NCBI GenBank assembly: GCA_964580825.1
Contig: CAZOLB010000003.1
Coordinates: 1-49,185 of the forward strand
DNA length: 49,185 nucleotides
Source: an uncultured Gammaproteobacteria bacterium
GTDB taxonomy: Bacteria; Patescibacteriota; Patescibacteriia; UBA2591; UBA6264
Direction: 5' to 3'
The notes under the pieces are model-generated. The model was not told where the DNA came from. It ran no database searches and saw nothing but the letters and a program-made list of their open reading frames with translations. Of the stretch, positions 1 to 9,266 are shown piece by piece (position 1 is the first letter of the stretch; the number at the start of each line of letters is the position of its first letter). The position numbers were made by a program, and so were the translations under genes.

Positions 1-5
1 AATTT

Positions 6-30
6 AAAAGACCCGTTTCTCGGGTCTTTT
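6..30. terminator. Intrinsic-terminator-like hairpin (perfect 10-bp stem, A-run 5', T-run 3'), usable in either direction
   Basis: Read directly: AAAAGACCCG-TTTCT-CGGGTCTTTT. It lies downstream of the minus-strand ORF that ends at 155. Confidence 0.6.
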
Positions 31-40
31 AACATATTTT

Positions 41-91
41 ACAGGTCGCACCTGTTTTACAGGTCGCACCTGTAAGACAGGTGCGACCTGT
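41..91. repeat. Three tandem copies (18-nt period) of the 15-nt near-palindrome ACAGGT-CGC-ACCTGT
   Basis: Copies at 41-55 and 59-73 are identical. The copy at 77-91 has the centre inverted (ACAGGTGCGACCTGT). A CTGTA-rich tract follows at 92-117. Confidence 0.85.
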
Positions 92-154
92 ATTACTGTA
101 CTGTATTGCTGTATTACGAACGCGGCCTACTCTGTATCCTAGAGCTTTTATTTG

Positions 155-1012
155 TTATAAATCTATGATTTTTTTTATAATTTTTTCAGGCACTAATTTC
201 TGAGTTATAGCGGAATTAAAAATTTTATAATCAATTGAACTATACAATTGCCATAATCTGCTTGTGATATTGTATTTTTTTCTTATTTTTTTAGCAAATT
301 GATGATAAGGCAAATATAGGTGGTGATCGACTGTTTCGGAAATATTCATTTTTTTTATTTTATTTAAAAATGTTTTTATCTTTTCTATATCTTTATATTT
401 GATATGACCAACCCGAAAAAGATATAAATGAATAAGCGTTTCCGGACTAAAAGACGGAGCGCTCAATTTTCCGTTTTTTGTTTCAATTTCTAAATTTTGG
501 AGATCGAAAGTTTTGGGGTCGACTTCTTCCATAATATCTCTGAATTGTAAGAAAAAATGGGAGTTTTCGCGCAAGATATGCGGCGCCAACTGAAAGCGTC
601 TTTTATTTGATTTTTCTAAATACTCTTTATTTTTAACTTGGGAAAGATTAACTTCCGGATAAATAGGCGTATTGCGATGACAGTCGTTAAAATCGGCCAT
701 TTCTTTTTTAAAAAAATTAGACATTTCTTTGACTTTTTCAGTTGATTCCAATTGATCGTCTAAGACGATAATATCTAGGTCTTTGATTGAATTATTATTT
801 CGGCGAGGGCTGGGCATTTCATTTAAGTAAAAACTTAAGGCGGTCCCCCCCACTAATCTCCAGTCTAAATTAGTTTCATTTAGTTTATGAAAAATATTTT
901 TTAAAACCGTTTCATAGACGTTTTTTTCCTTTTCTTGAATCTCTTCTTTTTCGTCTAATTGTAAATCGGATTTTTGATCTAAATTGATTTGGGGGCGTAT
1001 TTTTTCAAACAT
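155..1012 (-). CDS. Hypothetical protein, possible nucleotidyltransferase fold (AbiEii/DUF1814- or MNT-like core)
   Basis: 285-aa ORF with an ATG start. The segment WRLVGGTALSFYL...IKDLDIIVLDD resembles the GGTAL...DLD core of NTase-fold proteins. No AbiEi-like partner is adjacent. Assignment is by eye only. Confidence 0.45.
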   Translation of the reverse strand: MFEKIRPQINLDQKSDLQLDEKEEIQEKEKNVYETVLKNIFHKLNETNLDWRLVGGTALSFYLNEMPSPRRNNNSIKDLDIIVLDDQLESTEKVKEMSNFFKKEMADFNDCHRNTPIYPEVNLSQVKNKEYLEKSNKRRFQLAPHILRENSHFFLQFRDIMEEVDPKTFDLQNLEIETKNGKLSAPSFSPETLIHLYLFRVGHIKYKDIEKIKTFLNKIKKMNISETVDHHLYLPYHQFAKKIRKKYNITSRLWQLYSSIDYKIFNSAITQKLVPEKIIKKIIDL

Positions 1013-1083
1013 AGATTTTAATTTTATTGTTTTTTAGATGCTTTTTACTGTATTTTCTACTGTAATTTTTATTACAGTTTTTA

Positions 1084-1100
1084 TTACAGGTGCGACCTGT
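1084..1100. repeat. Fourth copy of the 15-nt palindrome; 17-nt inverted match to 59-75
   Basis: TTACAGGTGCGACCTGT at 1084-1100 is the reverse complement of ACAGGTCGCACCTGTAA at 59-75. The flanks are rich in CTGTAA/TTACAG half-sites (1047-1083). Confidence 0.8.
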
Positions 1101-1139
1101 GTTTTTCTGTGTTTTCTAATATTTTCGTATTTTTCTGGC

Positions 1140-2681
1140 CTATTCCCCGAACACCTCGGCGGAAAAGACATAGAGATCAACGTTGCCGGTTTTCCAGGCA
1201 TTGCGAGGCAAGTTGGCTTTGTGCTCGCATAATTCATTCATAAATGTTTCCAAATCCCAGTTGTTTTCCGTGGCCACCTGGGGCAAAAAAACCCCGCCTT
1301 TTTGTCCACCAAAGGTGGATCCGCCTCTGGCGGAGACAATAACTCCGTGTTTGCCGACCTCAATTTCCTTAAACGGGTCAGTGATTTTTTCCAAAGGCGA
1401 AAGGACTGAAATCTCAATGTTAATTTCTTTTATTTCCTCTTTCGCCACCGGATAAAAACGCGGGTCTTCAAAGGCGGCCACTTTGGCCATTTCCGCCACG
1501 ACTTGGTAAAGCGGCTCTTTTTCTTCAATAATCCGCCCCATACAGCCGCGCAATTGGTCGTTTTTATTTAAAGTGACAAAAGCGCCTTGCGGTTGTTTTA
1601 GTTGTTCAGTTAAATCACCGTCATCAATACTAGTTTTTTTGCCGTTTAATTGGTTTTCAATACTTTGTCGGGCGATTTTTAACAGGGTTTGTTTTTCCGC
1701 CAGTGTCAGGGTTTCTTTATTTACCCCTTGATTATTGTTAAAAGCAATGGCGGCGTAGCCGACAACGCGGGAGAGATCGCCTGAGGAATCGCCGGAGTTG
1801 GCATAATTTAGAAGTTTAATTTTGTTCCAACCCATTTCTCTGGCTAAATATAATCCGGCTTTAATCGGTTCTTCGCCACAGGCGCAGGTGTCTAGGTTGG
1901 GCAATTCTTGCGCCATATTTTCTTGAACGGCTTTTTCAAAATCCTGAACTGAACCGCTTAAAATTCCTTGAATTGTTTTTTGATCGGCCCGTTGCGCGTC
2001 TTCATAGGCGGGATAATGAGACAAGTCAGAGCTGATAATGACTAAATCGTCTTCGCTGAGGTGTTTTTTAATTGTTTGTGCCAAACTCGACAAAAATTTA
2101 TCGTCGGCTTGAGAAATAATAATCGGCATAACTTTAAAATCTTTTAAAACTTTTTGTAAAAACGGCAACATTAATTCCAAACAATGTTCGTTTTGATGCG
2201 CTTGTTCGCGAATAAAAATATTTTTATCTTCTTGACTTAATTTTTGCCCCAATTCTTTGTCAATTTGCACTTTGCCCAATGGTGTTTGCCAGTAATCGTC
2301 GTTCGCGAGCGCGGCGCCGAAAAACCAATCCTGATGCGACGGCCCGATTAAAATCACGGTCTTAAAATTTTTGCCGGCCAGTTGTTTAAAGCCGTAAGCC
2401 GCGACTGGGCCGGAATAGTCATAGCCGGCATGGGGCAAAATCAACATTTTCAAATTATCTTCAATTTTCGCTTCCTCCGTTTGGGACAAAAAATCGTCAA
2501 TTTGCCGCGCCAAAATATTTTTATCCGCCGGATAAAAGGCGCCGGCCACCGCCGGCGGCCTGATTAACAATTCTTTTTTGTTGACTTTCATATAATTAAA
2601 AAATAGAATTACAGCGACAATAATTAGAACGATAAAAATCGTCGTTAAAACATAGTGGATTTTTTTTCTTTTCATTGACAT
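1140..2681 (-). CDS. Fused AmmeMemoRadiSam system protein B (Memo-like) + protein A (AMMECR1 domain) with an N-terminal membrane anchor
   Basis: Memo motifs AGAFYPAD and ILPHAGYDYSGPVAAYGF are present. AMMECR1 motifs GAFVTLNKNDQLRGCMGRI and GGVFLPQVA are present. A Lys-rich/hydrophobic N-terminus reads MSMKRKKIHYVLTTIFIVLIIVAVILFF. The ORF track starts at a TTG at 2798; I prefer the internal ATG near 2681 because the extra 39 codons overlap the neighbouring gene's 3' end. Confidence 0.85.
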   Translation of the reverse strand: MSMKRKKIHYVLTTIFIVLIIVAVILFFNYMKVNKKELLIRPPAVAGAFYPADKNILARQIDDFLSQTEEAKIEDNLKMLILPHAGYDYSGPVAAYGFKQLAGKNFKTVILIGPSHQDWFFGAALANDDYWQTPLGKVQIDKELGQKLSQEDKNIFIREQAHQNEHCLELMLPFLQKVLKDFKVMPIIISQADDKFLSSLAQTIKKHLSEDDLVIISSDLSHYPAYEDAQRADQKTIQGILSGSVQDFEKAVQENMAQELPNLDTCACGEEPIKAGLYLAREMGWNKIKLLNYANSGDSSGDLSRVVGYAAIAFNNNQGVNKETLTLAEKQTLLKIARQSIENQLNGKKTSIDDGDLTEQLKQPQGAFVTLNKNDQLRGCMGRIIEEKEPLYQVVAEMAKVAAFEDPRFYPVAKEEIKEINIEISVLSPLEKITDPFKEIEVGKHGVIVSARGGSTFGGQKGGVFLPQVATENNWDLETFMNELCEHKANLPRNAWKTGNVDLYVFSAEVFGE

Positions 2682-2748
2682 TTTACGTTTGAATTCAAAA
2701 TTTTGAATTTGATTGAAAATTGGGGATTCTCTGGCAAGGCAAAAATTT

Positions 2749-3864
2749 TTATTCCCAAACGCCGGGTATTTTTTCACCGTCAAAACATTGGCCGTCAATT
2801 AAATTAGTTTCTTTAATGAAATAACCCTGACGTTTAATTGCGGTTTGTTTTGATGCCGGACAATAAGTTGATTCGGTTTCTTCGTCCCCTAAATTGCCGG
2901 TGTAAACGTATTTCAGACCTTCTTTTAAAGCGATTTTTCTTAAGTCCTTGACGGTTTGTTCCGGCGTCGGCGGCAAATTAATTAGCTTGTACATCGGATG
3001 AAAGCGGGAAAAATGAAGTGGCACGTCCTCGCCTAGATTTTCCTTAATCCATCGGCTCATCATTTTTATTTCTTCCGGTTGGTCGTTTTCTCCGGGAATA
3101 ACCAAATAAACGATTTCCAACCAAACGCCTTGTTTTTTAATCGTTTTTAGGGTTTCTAAAACCGGCTCTAATTCTCCGCCGACGATTCGCTTGTAAAAAC
3201 CATTATTGAACGCTTTTAAGTCAATTTTAATGGCGTCAAGGTATGGAGACAATTGCTTTAGCGGTTCGGAATTGATGTAGCCGGCGCTAATCATGACGTT
3301 TTTTAACCCTTTTTCTCGGGCTAATTTCGCCGTCTCCAGCATATATTCGTAGAAAACAGTCGGCTCAGAGTAAGTGTAGGCAATACTTTTGGCGCCAGAA
3401 GCCAACGCCTGTTCCACTACTTGTTCCGGCGTCATTTTAACGCTTTCTACCCGTTCTGGCGAGGACTGGGAAATTTCCCAATTTTGGCAATAAAGGCAGC
3501 GTAAATTGCAGCCGACCGTGGCGATTGAATAAGCTGCCGTTCCCGGCAAAAAATGGAATAAAGGTTTTTTTTCAATCGGGTCTAAATGAACACTGACCGG
3601 TTGGCCGTAAACCAGAGAATAAAGTTTGCCTTGAATATTTTTTCTTACTCGGCAAAAGCCGGTTTCGCCTTCGGCTAAAACGCAAAAACGCGGGCAAAGT
3701 TGGCATTGAACCGCTCCGCCAGCCAATTTTTGATAATAACTCGCCTCTTTTAATTCTACTAGGTTTATTTGTTTTTCCCCGGTAAAATTATATTTAACAA
3801 CATAAATAAGAGAGATTGTTAAAATGACGATTAGAATAATAATTGAGAATATTTTGCGTTGCAT
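2749..3864 (-). CDS. AmmeMemoRadiSam system radical SAM enzyme with an added N-terminal transmembrane helix
   Basis: CNLRCLYCQNWE is a CxxxCxxC radical SAM motif. The N-terminal Cys cluster CQLCPRFCVLAEGETGFC is typical of this family. The anchor reads MQRKIFSIIILIVILTISLIYVV. Confidence 0.85.
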   Translation of the reverse strand: MQRKIFSIIILIVILTISLIYVVKYNFTGEKQINLVELKEASYYQKLAGGAVQCQLCPRFCVLAEGETGFCRVRKNIQGKLYSLVYGQPVSVHLDPIEKKPLFHFLPGTAAYSIATVGCNLRCLYCQNWEISQSSPERVESVKMTPEQVVEQALASGAKSIAYTYSEPTVFYEYMLETAKLAREKGLKNVMISAGYINSEPLKQLSPYLDAIKIDLKAFNNGFYKRIVGGELEPVLETLKTIKKQGVWLEIVYLVIPGENDQPEEIKMMSRWIKENLGEDVPLHFSRFHPMYKLINLPPTPEQTVKDLRKIALKEGLKYVYTGNLGDEETESTYCPASKQTAIKRQGYFIKETNLIDGQCFDGEKIPGVWE

Positions 3865-3878
3865 ATCAAAATATAAAA

Positions 3879-5174
3879 TTATTTTTTAGGTTCACTGCCC
3901 TTTTCGCTTTTCTTTTTGAAGAGCGATATTTTGGAGAGCAAATCTAAAATTGCGCCATAAGGACAGAAAAATTGGCACCAAGGCCGCCAGATAAACAAAG
4001 AAGAGATGACCAAAGCGGCGAGAAAAATTATCGAACCCGCGGTGACAAAACGCCCGAAAAGCGCGCCAAAGGGGTCAAGGCCGCAGAGAATCGGTTTTCT
4101 AAGAATTAACAAAAGCGTGACGACAGTCGCCAGTATCAGATATTTAATTTTTCCCGCGGTTTTACTCTTAAAATAGATATTTTTAAGACATTTGCATTTT
4201 AGCGTATTTTTACCCTTGTTAATGAATTCTTGAAAAGCGCCCAAAGGGCAAAGCCAAAGGCAATAGATTCTTCCCCAAAGCAGGGCTAAAATAATCGGCA
4301 AAAGAAAAAATAGAAATAAAACTAAATTTGCGGCGATTTTACCGCCGTCAATAAACATTATTTGAAACGTTTTGAGAGGACAAAAAATGTTTTTCAACCA
4401 GAAGCCGAAATAAAACAAGGAAAAAAGCAAGGTGAAATTTCTTAGCCAAGGATATTTGTCATTGAGAAAAAAAATAACCGCCGTTAAAATTAATAAACAA
4501 AAAATTACCAAAGGAACAAGTCCCGGCATTTGTTCCATTTTGAAAAATGGACAGTCAAAACAGGATTGAGGGGAATATCCTAACCAGACACTTAGGCCGT
4601 AAATTAAAAACAAGCCGCCAACCAAAATAGAGGCAAGTTTAGCGATTTTTTGAAATGCTCGGCCGATATTCAGATAGCTGAGAAATAAAAGGGGAACGAG
4701 GTAAAGGGTAGTGGCGATAAAAAAACTGACGAAAAATAAAACCCCTTTAATAATCTCGCCGGCGTTAAAGACATAGGAGAGGGACAAAAGAAACGACGGG
4801 CATAAATTGACACCGGTTAAAAAACCGGCTAAAATAGGAAATCTTATTTTTTTAAAAAACCGGCAAAGATTGTGTTTCTCTTTGAATAAGCCAAGCCCAT
4901 AGAGAATCAATAGGGACGATAAAAGCATTAAAGCGCCTAAATTGATTTTTTGAACGATCGTGTTTTGAAATTTAGACCCCAAATAGCCGAAAATAGCGCC
5001 AAATAAAACATAACCGATTAATCGTCCGGCAATAAATTCCAAAAAAAGCAGGATCGACTGTTTGATATTTTTTTTCTCCGATAAAATTAAAGAAATAAAG
5101 ACCGGCCCGCACCAGGTCAGACAGAAAATGCCGGTTGACAAACCTAATAAAAATCCGTCAAAAAATAAATTCAT
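3879..5174 (-). CDS. Polytopic membrane protein: N-terminal DsbD_2/TauE-like half fused to a NapH/YccM-type 4Fe-4S (CxxxCP) half
   Basis: 431-aa, highly hydrophobic ORF. CLTWCGP lies in the first helix. Two CxxxCP motifs (CLWLCPLGAF and CQFFCPYGAI) match membrane polyferredoxins. Confidence 0.55.
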   Translation of the reverse strand: MNLFFDGFLLGLSTGIFCLTWCGPVFISLILSEKKNIKQSILLFLEFIAGRLIGYVLFGAIFGYLGSKFQNTIVQKINLGALMLLSSLLILYGLGLFKEKHNLCRFFKKIRFPILAGFLTGVNLCPSFLLSLSYVFNAGEIIKGVLFFVSFFIATTLYLVPLLFLSYLNIGRAFQKIAKLASILVGGLFLIYGLSVWLGYSPQSCFDCPFFKMEQMPGLVPLVIFCLLILTAVIFFLNDKYPWLRNFTLLFSLFYFGFWLKNIFCPLKTFQIMFIDGGKIAANLVLFLFFLLPIILALLWGRIYCLWLCPLGAFQEFINKGKNTLKCKCLKNIYFKSKTAGKIKYLILATVVTLLLILRKPILCGLDPFGALFGRFVTAGSIIFLAALVISSLFIWRPWCQFFCPYGAILDLLSKISLFKKKSEKGSEPKK

Positions 5175-5357
5175 AGCGATAAAATACTAATTGTGTAAAT
5201 TTATTTTCTTGCCGCCGGTGGTTTCTTAATTATTGCTGATTTTTACGTTTTTTTAAGTTCGTATTAATTGGCGGTAGAATTATAGGTATTATTCATATTT
5301 TAGCAACTGAAAAGACTCTGGTCAATTTGCTATTTCTATGTTAAAATATTGCTTGAT

Positions 5358-6611
5358 ATGAAAAAGAAGAAGATATTAAAAATATTCATCATTTTGGTTT
5401 TGGGCTTTATTTTTTTTGTTTTTAGTTCGAGCGGGATTAAAGCGCAAGAACAAAATGTCGCCCTTCAACAAAAAAAAGAGGAGTTCACTTGTTTTATTTA
5501 TTTTACTTCTCTTGATTGCCCCCATTGCGCCAAAGTAAACCCGACAATTCACGGAGATTTATTAAAAAAATATCCGAATTTGGTGGTTATTGAATATGAA
5601 CTTTCCCAATATCCTGAAAATGGCCCCTTACTTTTTCAATATGACAGCGTTTACGGAACGGGATTGAATATTCCTTTGGTTATTTTTAATAAAAAAAATC
5701 GCTTAGTTGGCGATGAACCGATTTTAAGCAATATTGGACGTCTGGTCGAGAGATATAAAGGAAATGAATGTCTTTTGTCTGATGGCTCCGCGGTGGGCGC
5801 GGAAAATTTGGATTTTACCAAGGTATTGGGTCGGCCGAAAATTTGGGCGGGGAAGAATTTTTCCGTTAAGCCGATTGACATTACCCAGATTCCCGGACCA
5901 ACTACGGAAACGCGGCCGGAATTCACTTTAATAAAAATTCTATCGCTGGCCGCTGTTGATTCCATTAATCCTTGCGCCCTGGTGGTTTTAACCTTGATTT
6001 TAATTTCCATTTTGACTTATAACCCCGAAAACAGAAAAAAAGTTTTATGGGCCGGACTCGGATTTTGTTTGTCTGTTTTTGTTATGTATTTCATTTACGG
6101 TTTGATTATTATCAGATTTTTCCAATTAACCCAGATTTTGGAACCGATCCGTTTTTGGCTATATAAAATTTTAGGCCTGTTGGCGGCGATTCTTGGCGTT
6201 TTGAATATTAAAGATTTTTTTAGATACAAACCAGGGGGTTTGGCGACTGAAATGCCGATGTCTTTGAGGCCCAAGGTTAAAAGAATAATATCCGGCATCA
6301 CTTCTCCGGTCGGAGCGGTGGCGGGAGGAGTCCTTGTCACGGTATTTTTATTACCCTGCACTATTGGTCCATATATAATTTGTGGCGGTATTTTATGCGC
6401 TTTTGATTTATTGAAATCTTTGCCTTGGCTTTTGCTCTACAATTTGGTTTTTATTTTGCCGATGGCGGTTATTACCGCCGCTGTTTATCTCGGCATGGCC
6501 AAGGCGCAAGGCGTTTCTGGATGGAAAGATAAAAATATCAAATATTTGCATTTGGTTTCCGGAGTAATTATACTAGGTTTAGGCGTAGTTATATTTTTTG
6601 GTCTGATTTAA
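5358..6611 (+). CDS. Thiol:disulfide oxidoreductase: secreted thioredoxin-like domain (CPHC) fused to a CcdA/DsbD-type transmembrane domain
   Basis: A signal/anchor is followed by SLDCPHCAKV. The C-terminal TM region has conserved Cys in INPCALVVL and LLPCTIGPY. ATG at 5358 is preferred over the TTG at 5349. Confidence 0.75.
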   Translation: MKKKKILKIFIILVLGFIFFVFSSSGIKAQEQNVALQQKKEEFTCFIYFTSLDCPHCAKVNPTIHGDLLKKYPNLVVIEYELSQYPENGPLLFQYDSVYGTGLNIPLVIFNKKNRLVGDEPILSNIGRLVERYKGNECLLSDGSAVGAENLDFTKVLGRPKIWAGKNFSVKPIDITQIPGPTTETRPEFTLIKILSLAAVDSINPCALVVLTLILISILTYNPENRKKVLWAGLGFCLSVFVMYFIYGLIIIRFFQLTQILEPIRFWLYKILGLLAAILGVLNIKDFFRYKPGGLATEMPMSLRPKVKRIISGITSPVGAVAGGVLVTVFLLPCTIGPYIICGGILCAFDLLKSLPWLLLYNLVFILPMAVITAAVYLGMAKAQGVSGWKDKNIKYLHLVSGVIILGLGVVIFFGLI

Positions 6612-6650
6612 GAGCGGTAATTTTAAGACGCGATTAATATTTTTTATTAA

Positions 6651-8333
6651 ATGTGCGATTACTCGATTTTAATTGGCGGCAGCGCTGGTCAAGGTTCGAG
6701 AAAGGCCGGGTTTATTATTGGTCAATTATTTTTAGAACTTGGTTATCGAGTTTTTATTTACGATGATTACCAGTCCTTGATTAAGGGCGGCCATAATTTT
6801 TCTCAAATCAGAGTCTCAAATAAAGAAGTTCTGTCGCATCGGGAAAAAATAGATTTTCTTTTGGCCTTGGATAAAAATACCATTGATAAACATCAGGGCG
6901 ATTTGGACAAAGACGGCATAATTGTCTATAACGGCGATAAAATTTCTTTACCACCGCATTTTTCAAAAAACGGAAAAACGAAAATTGTTGGAATGCCATT
7001 AATGGCGATCGTCCAACAGGCGGGCGGAGAGGGAATTATGGAAAATATCGCTTTGATTGCCGGCTTTGCCAAGATTGCCGGCATTGACTGGTTGTTATTA
7101 TCAAGGGTTTTGAAAAGAGAATTTAAAAAATGGCAGGACTTGAATTTGAAAGTGGCCGAAGCCGCTTTCGGCAGCGTGTCAAATTTAATTAAGATAGAGA
7201 AGGGGGCGGAGAAAAAATCATTAACCTTGTTAACCGGCAATCAGGCGGTGAGTTTGGGCGCGGTTAAAGCCGGCTTGGATTCTTATTTTGCTTATCCAAT
7301 GACGCCGGCGACAGGAATCCTTCATTATTTGATTCAGCGCCAAAATGATTTCAATATTAAGGCGGTTCAAATGGAAAATGAAATCGCAGTCGTCAACGCC
7401 GCTTTAGGCGCGGCTTATGCCGGAGCGAGGGCAATGGTCGGAACTTCGGGAGGCGGCTTTGCCTTGATGGCCGAAGCCTTAAGTTTATCGGTTCAAGCCG
7501 AAACGCCCGTCGTCATTATTGAGAGTCAGCGGTCGGGTCCGGCCACCGGCGTGCCGACTTATACGTCCCAATCGGATTTATTATTTGTTCTTTCGGCCGG
7601 ACATGGAGATATTGTAAAATTTGTTATTGCTCCTGGCGATGCCGAGCAAGCTTGTTTTTGGACTAGTAAAGCGTTAAATCTCGCTTGGCAATACCAGACG
7701 CCGGTTGTTTTGCTGATAGATAAAGAGATTTCGGAAAGTACTTTTACTTTTAGCCCCGATATTTTAAATCGGATAAAAATCGAAAAATTTTTCACTTGGG
7801 ATAAAAAAGGAAAATATCAAAGATATAAAGACGTTAACAACGGAATCTCTCCTTTGGCCTTTCCCGGAACTAAAGGAGCTGTAATTAAATCTACTAGTTA
7901 TGAACACGACGAGTTCGGCTTGGGAGTGGAAGATGAAGAAAGTGTCGTAAAAATGCAGAATAAGAGATTACGAAAATTTGAAGCGATGAAGCGGGAGGCA
8001 GAGCGACTGCCGGCGGTCGAAGTTTATGGAAAAAAAGATTCTTCAAAAGCGGTTATTGTTTGGGGATCAACCAAAGGGCCGGTTCAAGAAGCGGCGGAGG
8101 AATTGGGTTTTAAAGTAATCCAACCGGTTATTCTTCAACCATTTCCGGAAAAACAAATAAAAAACGCTTTGAAGGGTGTGGAAAAGACGGTTTTAATAGA
8201 AACGACCGCCACTGGTCAGTTAGCTGAAGTCCTGAACGGTTATGCGATAAAAATAGACAAGAAAATTTTAAAGTACGACGGCCGGCCGTTTTCTTTTGAT
8301 GAAATAAAAGATAAATTAAGCCGCTGGCGTTAG
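6651..8333 (+). CDS. 2-oxoacid:ferredoxin oxidoreductase, fused gamma-alpha subunit
   Basis: The N-terminal gamma-type domain reads IGGSAGQGSRKAGFIIGQ...GGHNFSQIRV. The alpha domain reads LTGNQAVSLGAVKAGLDSYFAYPMTPAT. A beta subunit gene follows. Confidence 0.9.
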   Translation: MCDYSILIGGSAGQGSRKAGFIIGQLFLELGYRVFIYDDYQSLIKGGHNFSQIRVSNKEVLSHREKIDFLLALDKNTIDKHQGDLDKDGIIVYNGDKISLPPHFSKNGKTKIVGMPLMAIVQQAGGEGIMENIALIAGFAKIAGIDWLLLSRVLKREFKKWQDLNLKVAEAAFGSVSNLIKIEKGAEKKSLTLLTGNQAVSLGAVKAGLDSYFAYPMTPATGILHYLIQRQNDFNIKAVQMENEIAVVNAALGAAYAGARAMVGTSGGGFALMAEALSLSVQAETPVVIIESQRSGPATGVPTYTSQSDLLFVLSAGHGDIVKFVIAPGDAEQACFWTSKALNLAWQYQTPVVLLIDKEISESTFTFSPDILNRIKIEKFFTWDKKGKYQRYKDVNNGISPLAFPGTKGAVIKSTSYEHDEFGLGVEDEESVVKMQNKRLRKFEAMKREAERLPAVEVYGKKDSSKAVIVWGSTKGPVQEAAEELGFKVIQPVILQPFPEKQIKNALKGVEKTVLIETTATGQLAEVLNGYAIKIDKKILKYDGRPFSFDEIKDKLSRWR

Positions 8334-8357
8334 TTTTAATAAATTGAGCGTAATTTT

Positions 8358-9185
8358 ATGAAATTAGACGCTGATTGCCAAAATACTTGGTGTCCGGGAT
8401 GCGGAAATTTTGGTATTTTACAGGCCTTGAAACAGGCGGTTGAAGTTTTAAATAAAAAGGGGATTGCCCCTGAAGATATCGTTTTAACCGCCGGCATCGG
8501 CTGCCATGCCAAAACCATCGATTATTTGAATTTGAATTCTTTTTACGGCCTGCATGGGCGGGGAATCGCCGTGGCTCAAGGAGTAAAAATCGGCAATCCG
8601 AAACTGAAAATAATCGCCTTGGCCGGCGATGGCGACGCTTATAACGAAGGAATATCCCACTTAATTCACGCCGCCAAAAGAAATATCGATATTGCCGTTT
8701 TAATCCATAATAACCGAACTTTTGCTTTAACTGCCGGCCAGTTTACCGCCACTTCGCCTCGCGGGTTTAAGGGCGTTTCCAGTCCGCAAGGGAGCAATGA
8801 GGATTCTTTTAATCCTTTAAAATTAATGTTGGCTTCAAAGGCCAGTTTTATCGCTCGGGCTTACTCGGCTAAATCAGAGCATCTTAGAGATTTGATTGTT
8901 AAAGCCGTCGAGCACCAAGGTTTTTCTTTTATTGATATTCTTCAGCCCTGTGTTTCTTTTTTCAATACTTGCCAATTTTATAACCAAAGAGTTTATGAAG
9001 TAGAAGAGAGCGATTTAACTTCGGAAAAGCGGGCTTTGGAAAAAATCCAAGAATGGGAGTATGATGATAAAGAAACCTGTAAAATTCCGCTTGGCCTTTT
9101 TTATCAAATTCAAAGACCGGTTTACGAACAGGGAGCGGTTGGTAGCGCGGTTTTTCGCGGGAGAAAAAAAATAAATTTTTTATAA
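8358..9185 (+). CDS. 2-oxoacid:ferredoxin oxidoreductase, beta (TPP-binding) subunit
   Basis: WCPGCGNFGIL and the TPP motif GDGDAYNEG are present. It sits directly downstream of the alpha/gamma gene. Confidence 0.9.
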   Translation: MKLDADCQNTWCPGCGNFGILQALKQAVEVLNKKGIAPEDIVLTAGIGCHAKTIDYLNLNSFYGLHGRGIAVAQGVKIGNPKLKIIALAGDGDAYNEGISHLIHAAKRNIDIAVLIHNNRTFALTAGQFTATSPRGFKGVSSPQGSNEDSFNPLKLMLASKASFIARAYSAKSEHLRDLIVKAVEHQGFSFIDILQPCVSFFNTCQFYNQRVYEVEESDLTSEKRALEKIQEWEYDDKETCKIPLGLFYQIQRPVYEQGAVGSAVFRGRKKINFL

Positions 9186-9221
9186 ATCGGAGACAAATTA
9201 AAATTGTCAATCGCTGAAAAT

Positions 9222-9252
9222 AAAGTTGGATTTAAAATCCGACTTTATTTTT
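9222..9252 (+). terminator. Intrinsic terminator after the oxidoreductase operon
   Basis: AAAGTTGGA-TTTAAAA-TCCGACTTT (one G-T pair) followed by ATTTTT. Confidence 0.55.
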
Positions 9253-9266
9253 GCCAAAAAATAAAA

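Noticed and set aside
41-91. Tandem 15-nt repeats that could be mistaken for a tiny CRISPR array
   Set aside because: There are only three copies, with an 18-nt period (3-nt spacers). The repeats are palindromic operator-like sites, and there are no cas genes.
2682-2798. N-terminal 39-codon extension (TTG start) of the Memo-AMMECR1 ORF
   Set aside because: It overlaps the 3' end of the radical SAM gene. The internal ATG gives a typical Lys-rich/TM N-terminus. The extension has no recognisable content.
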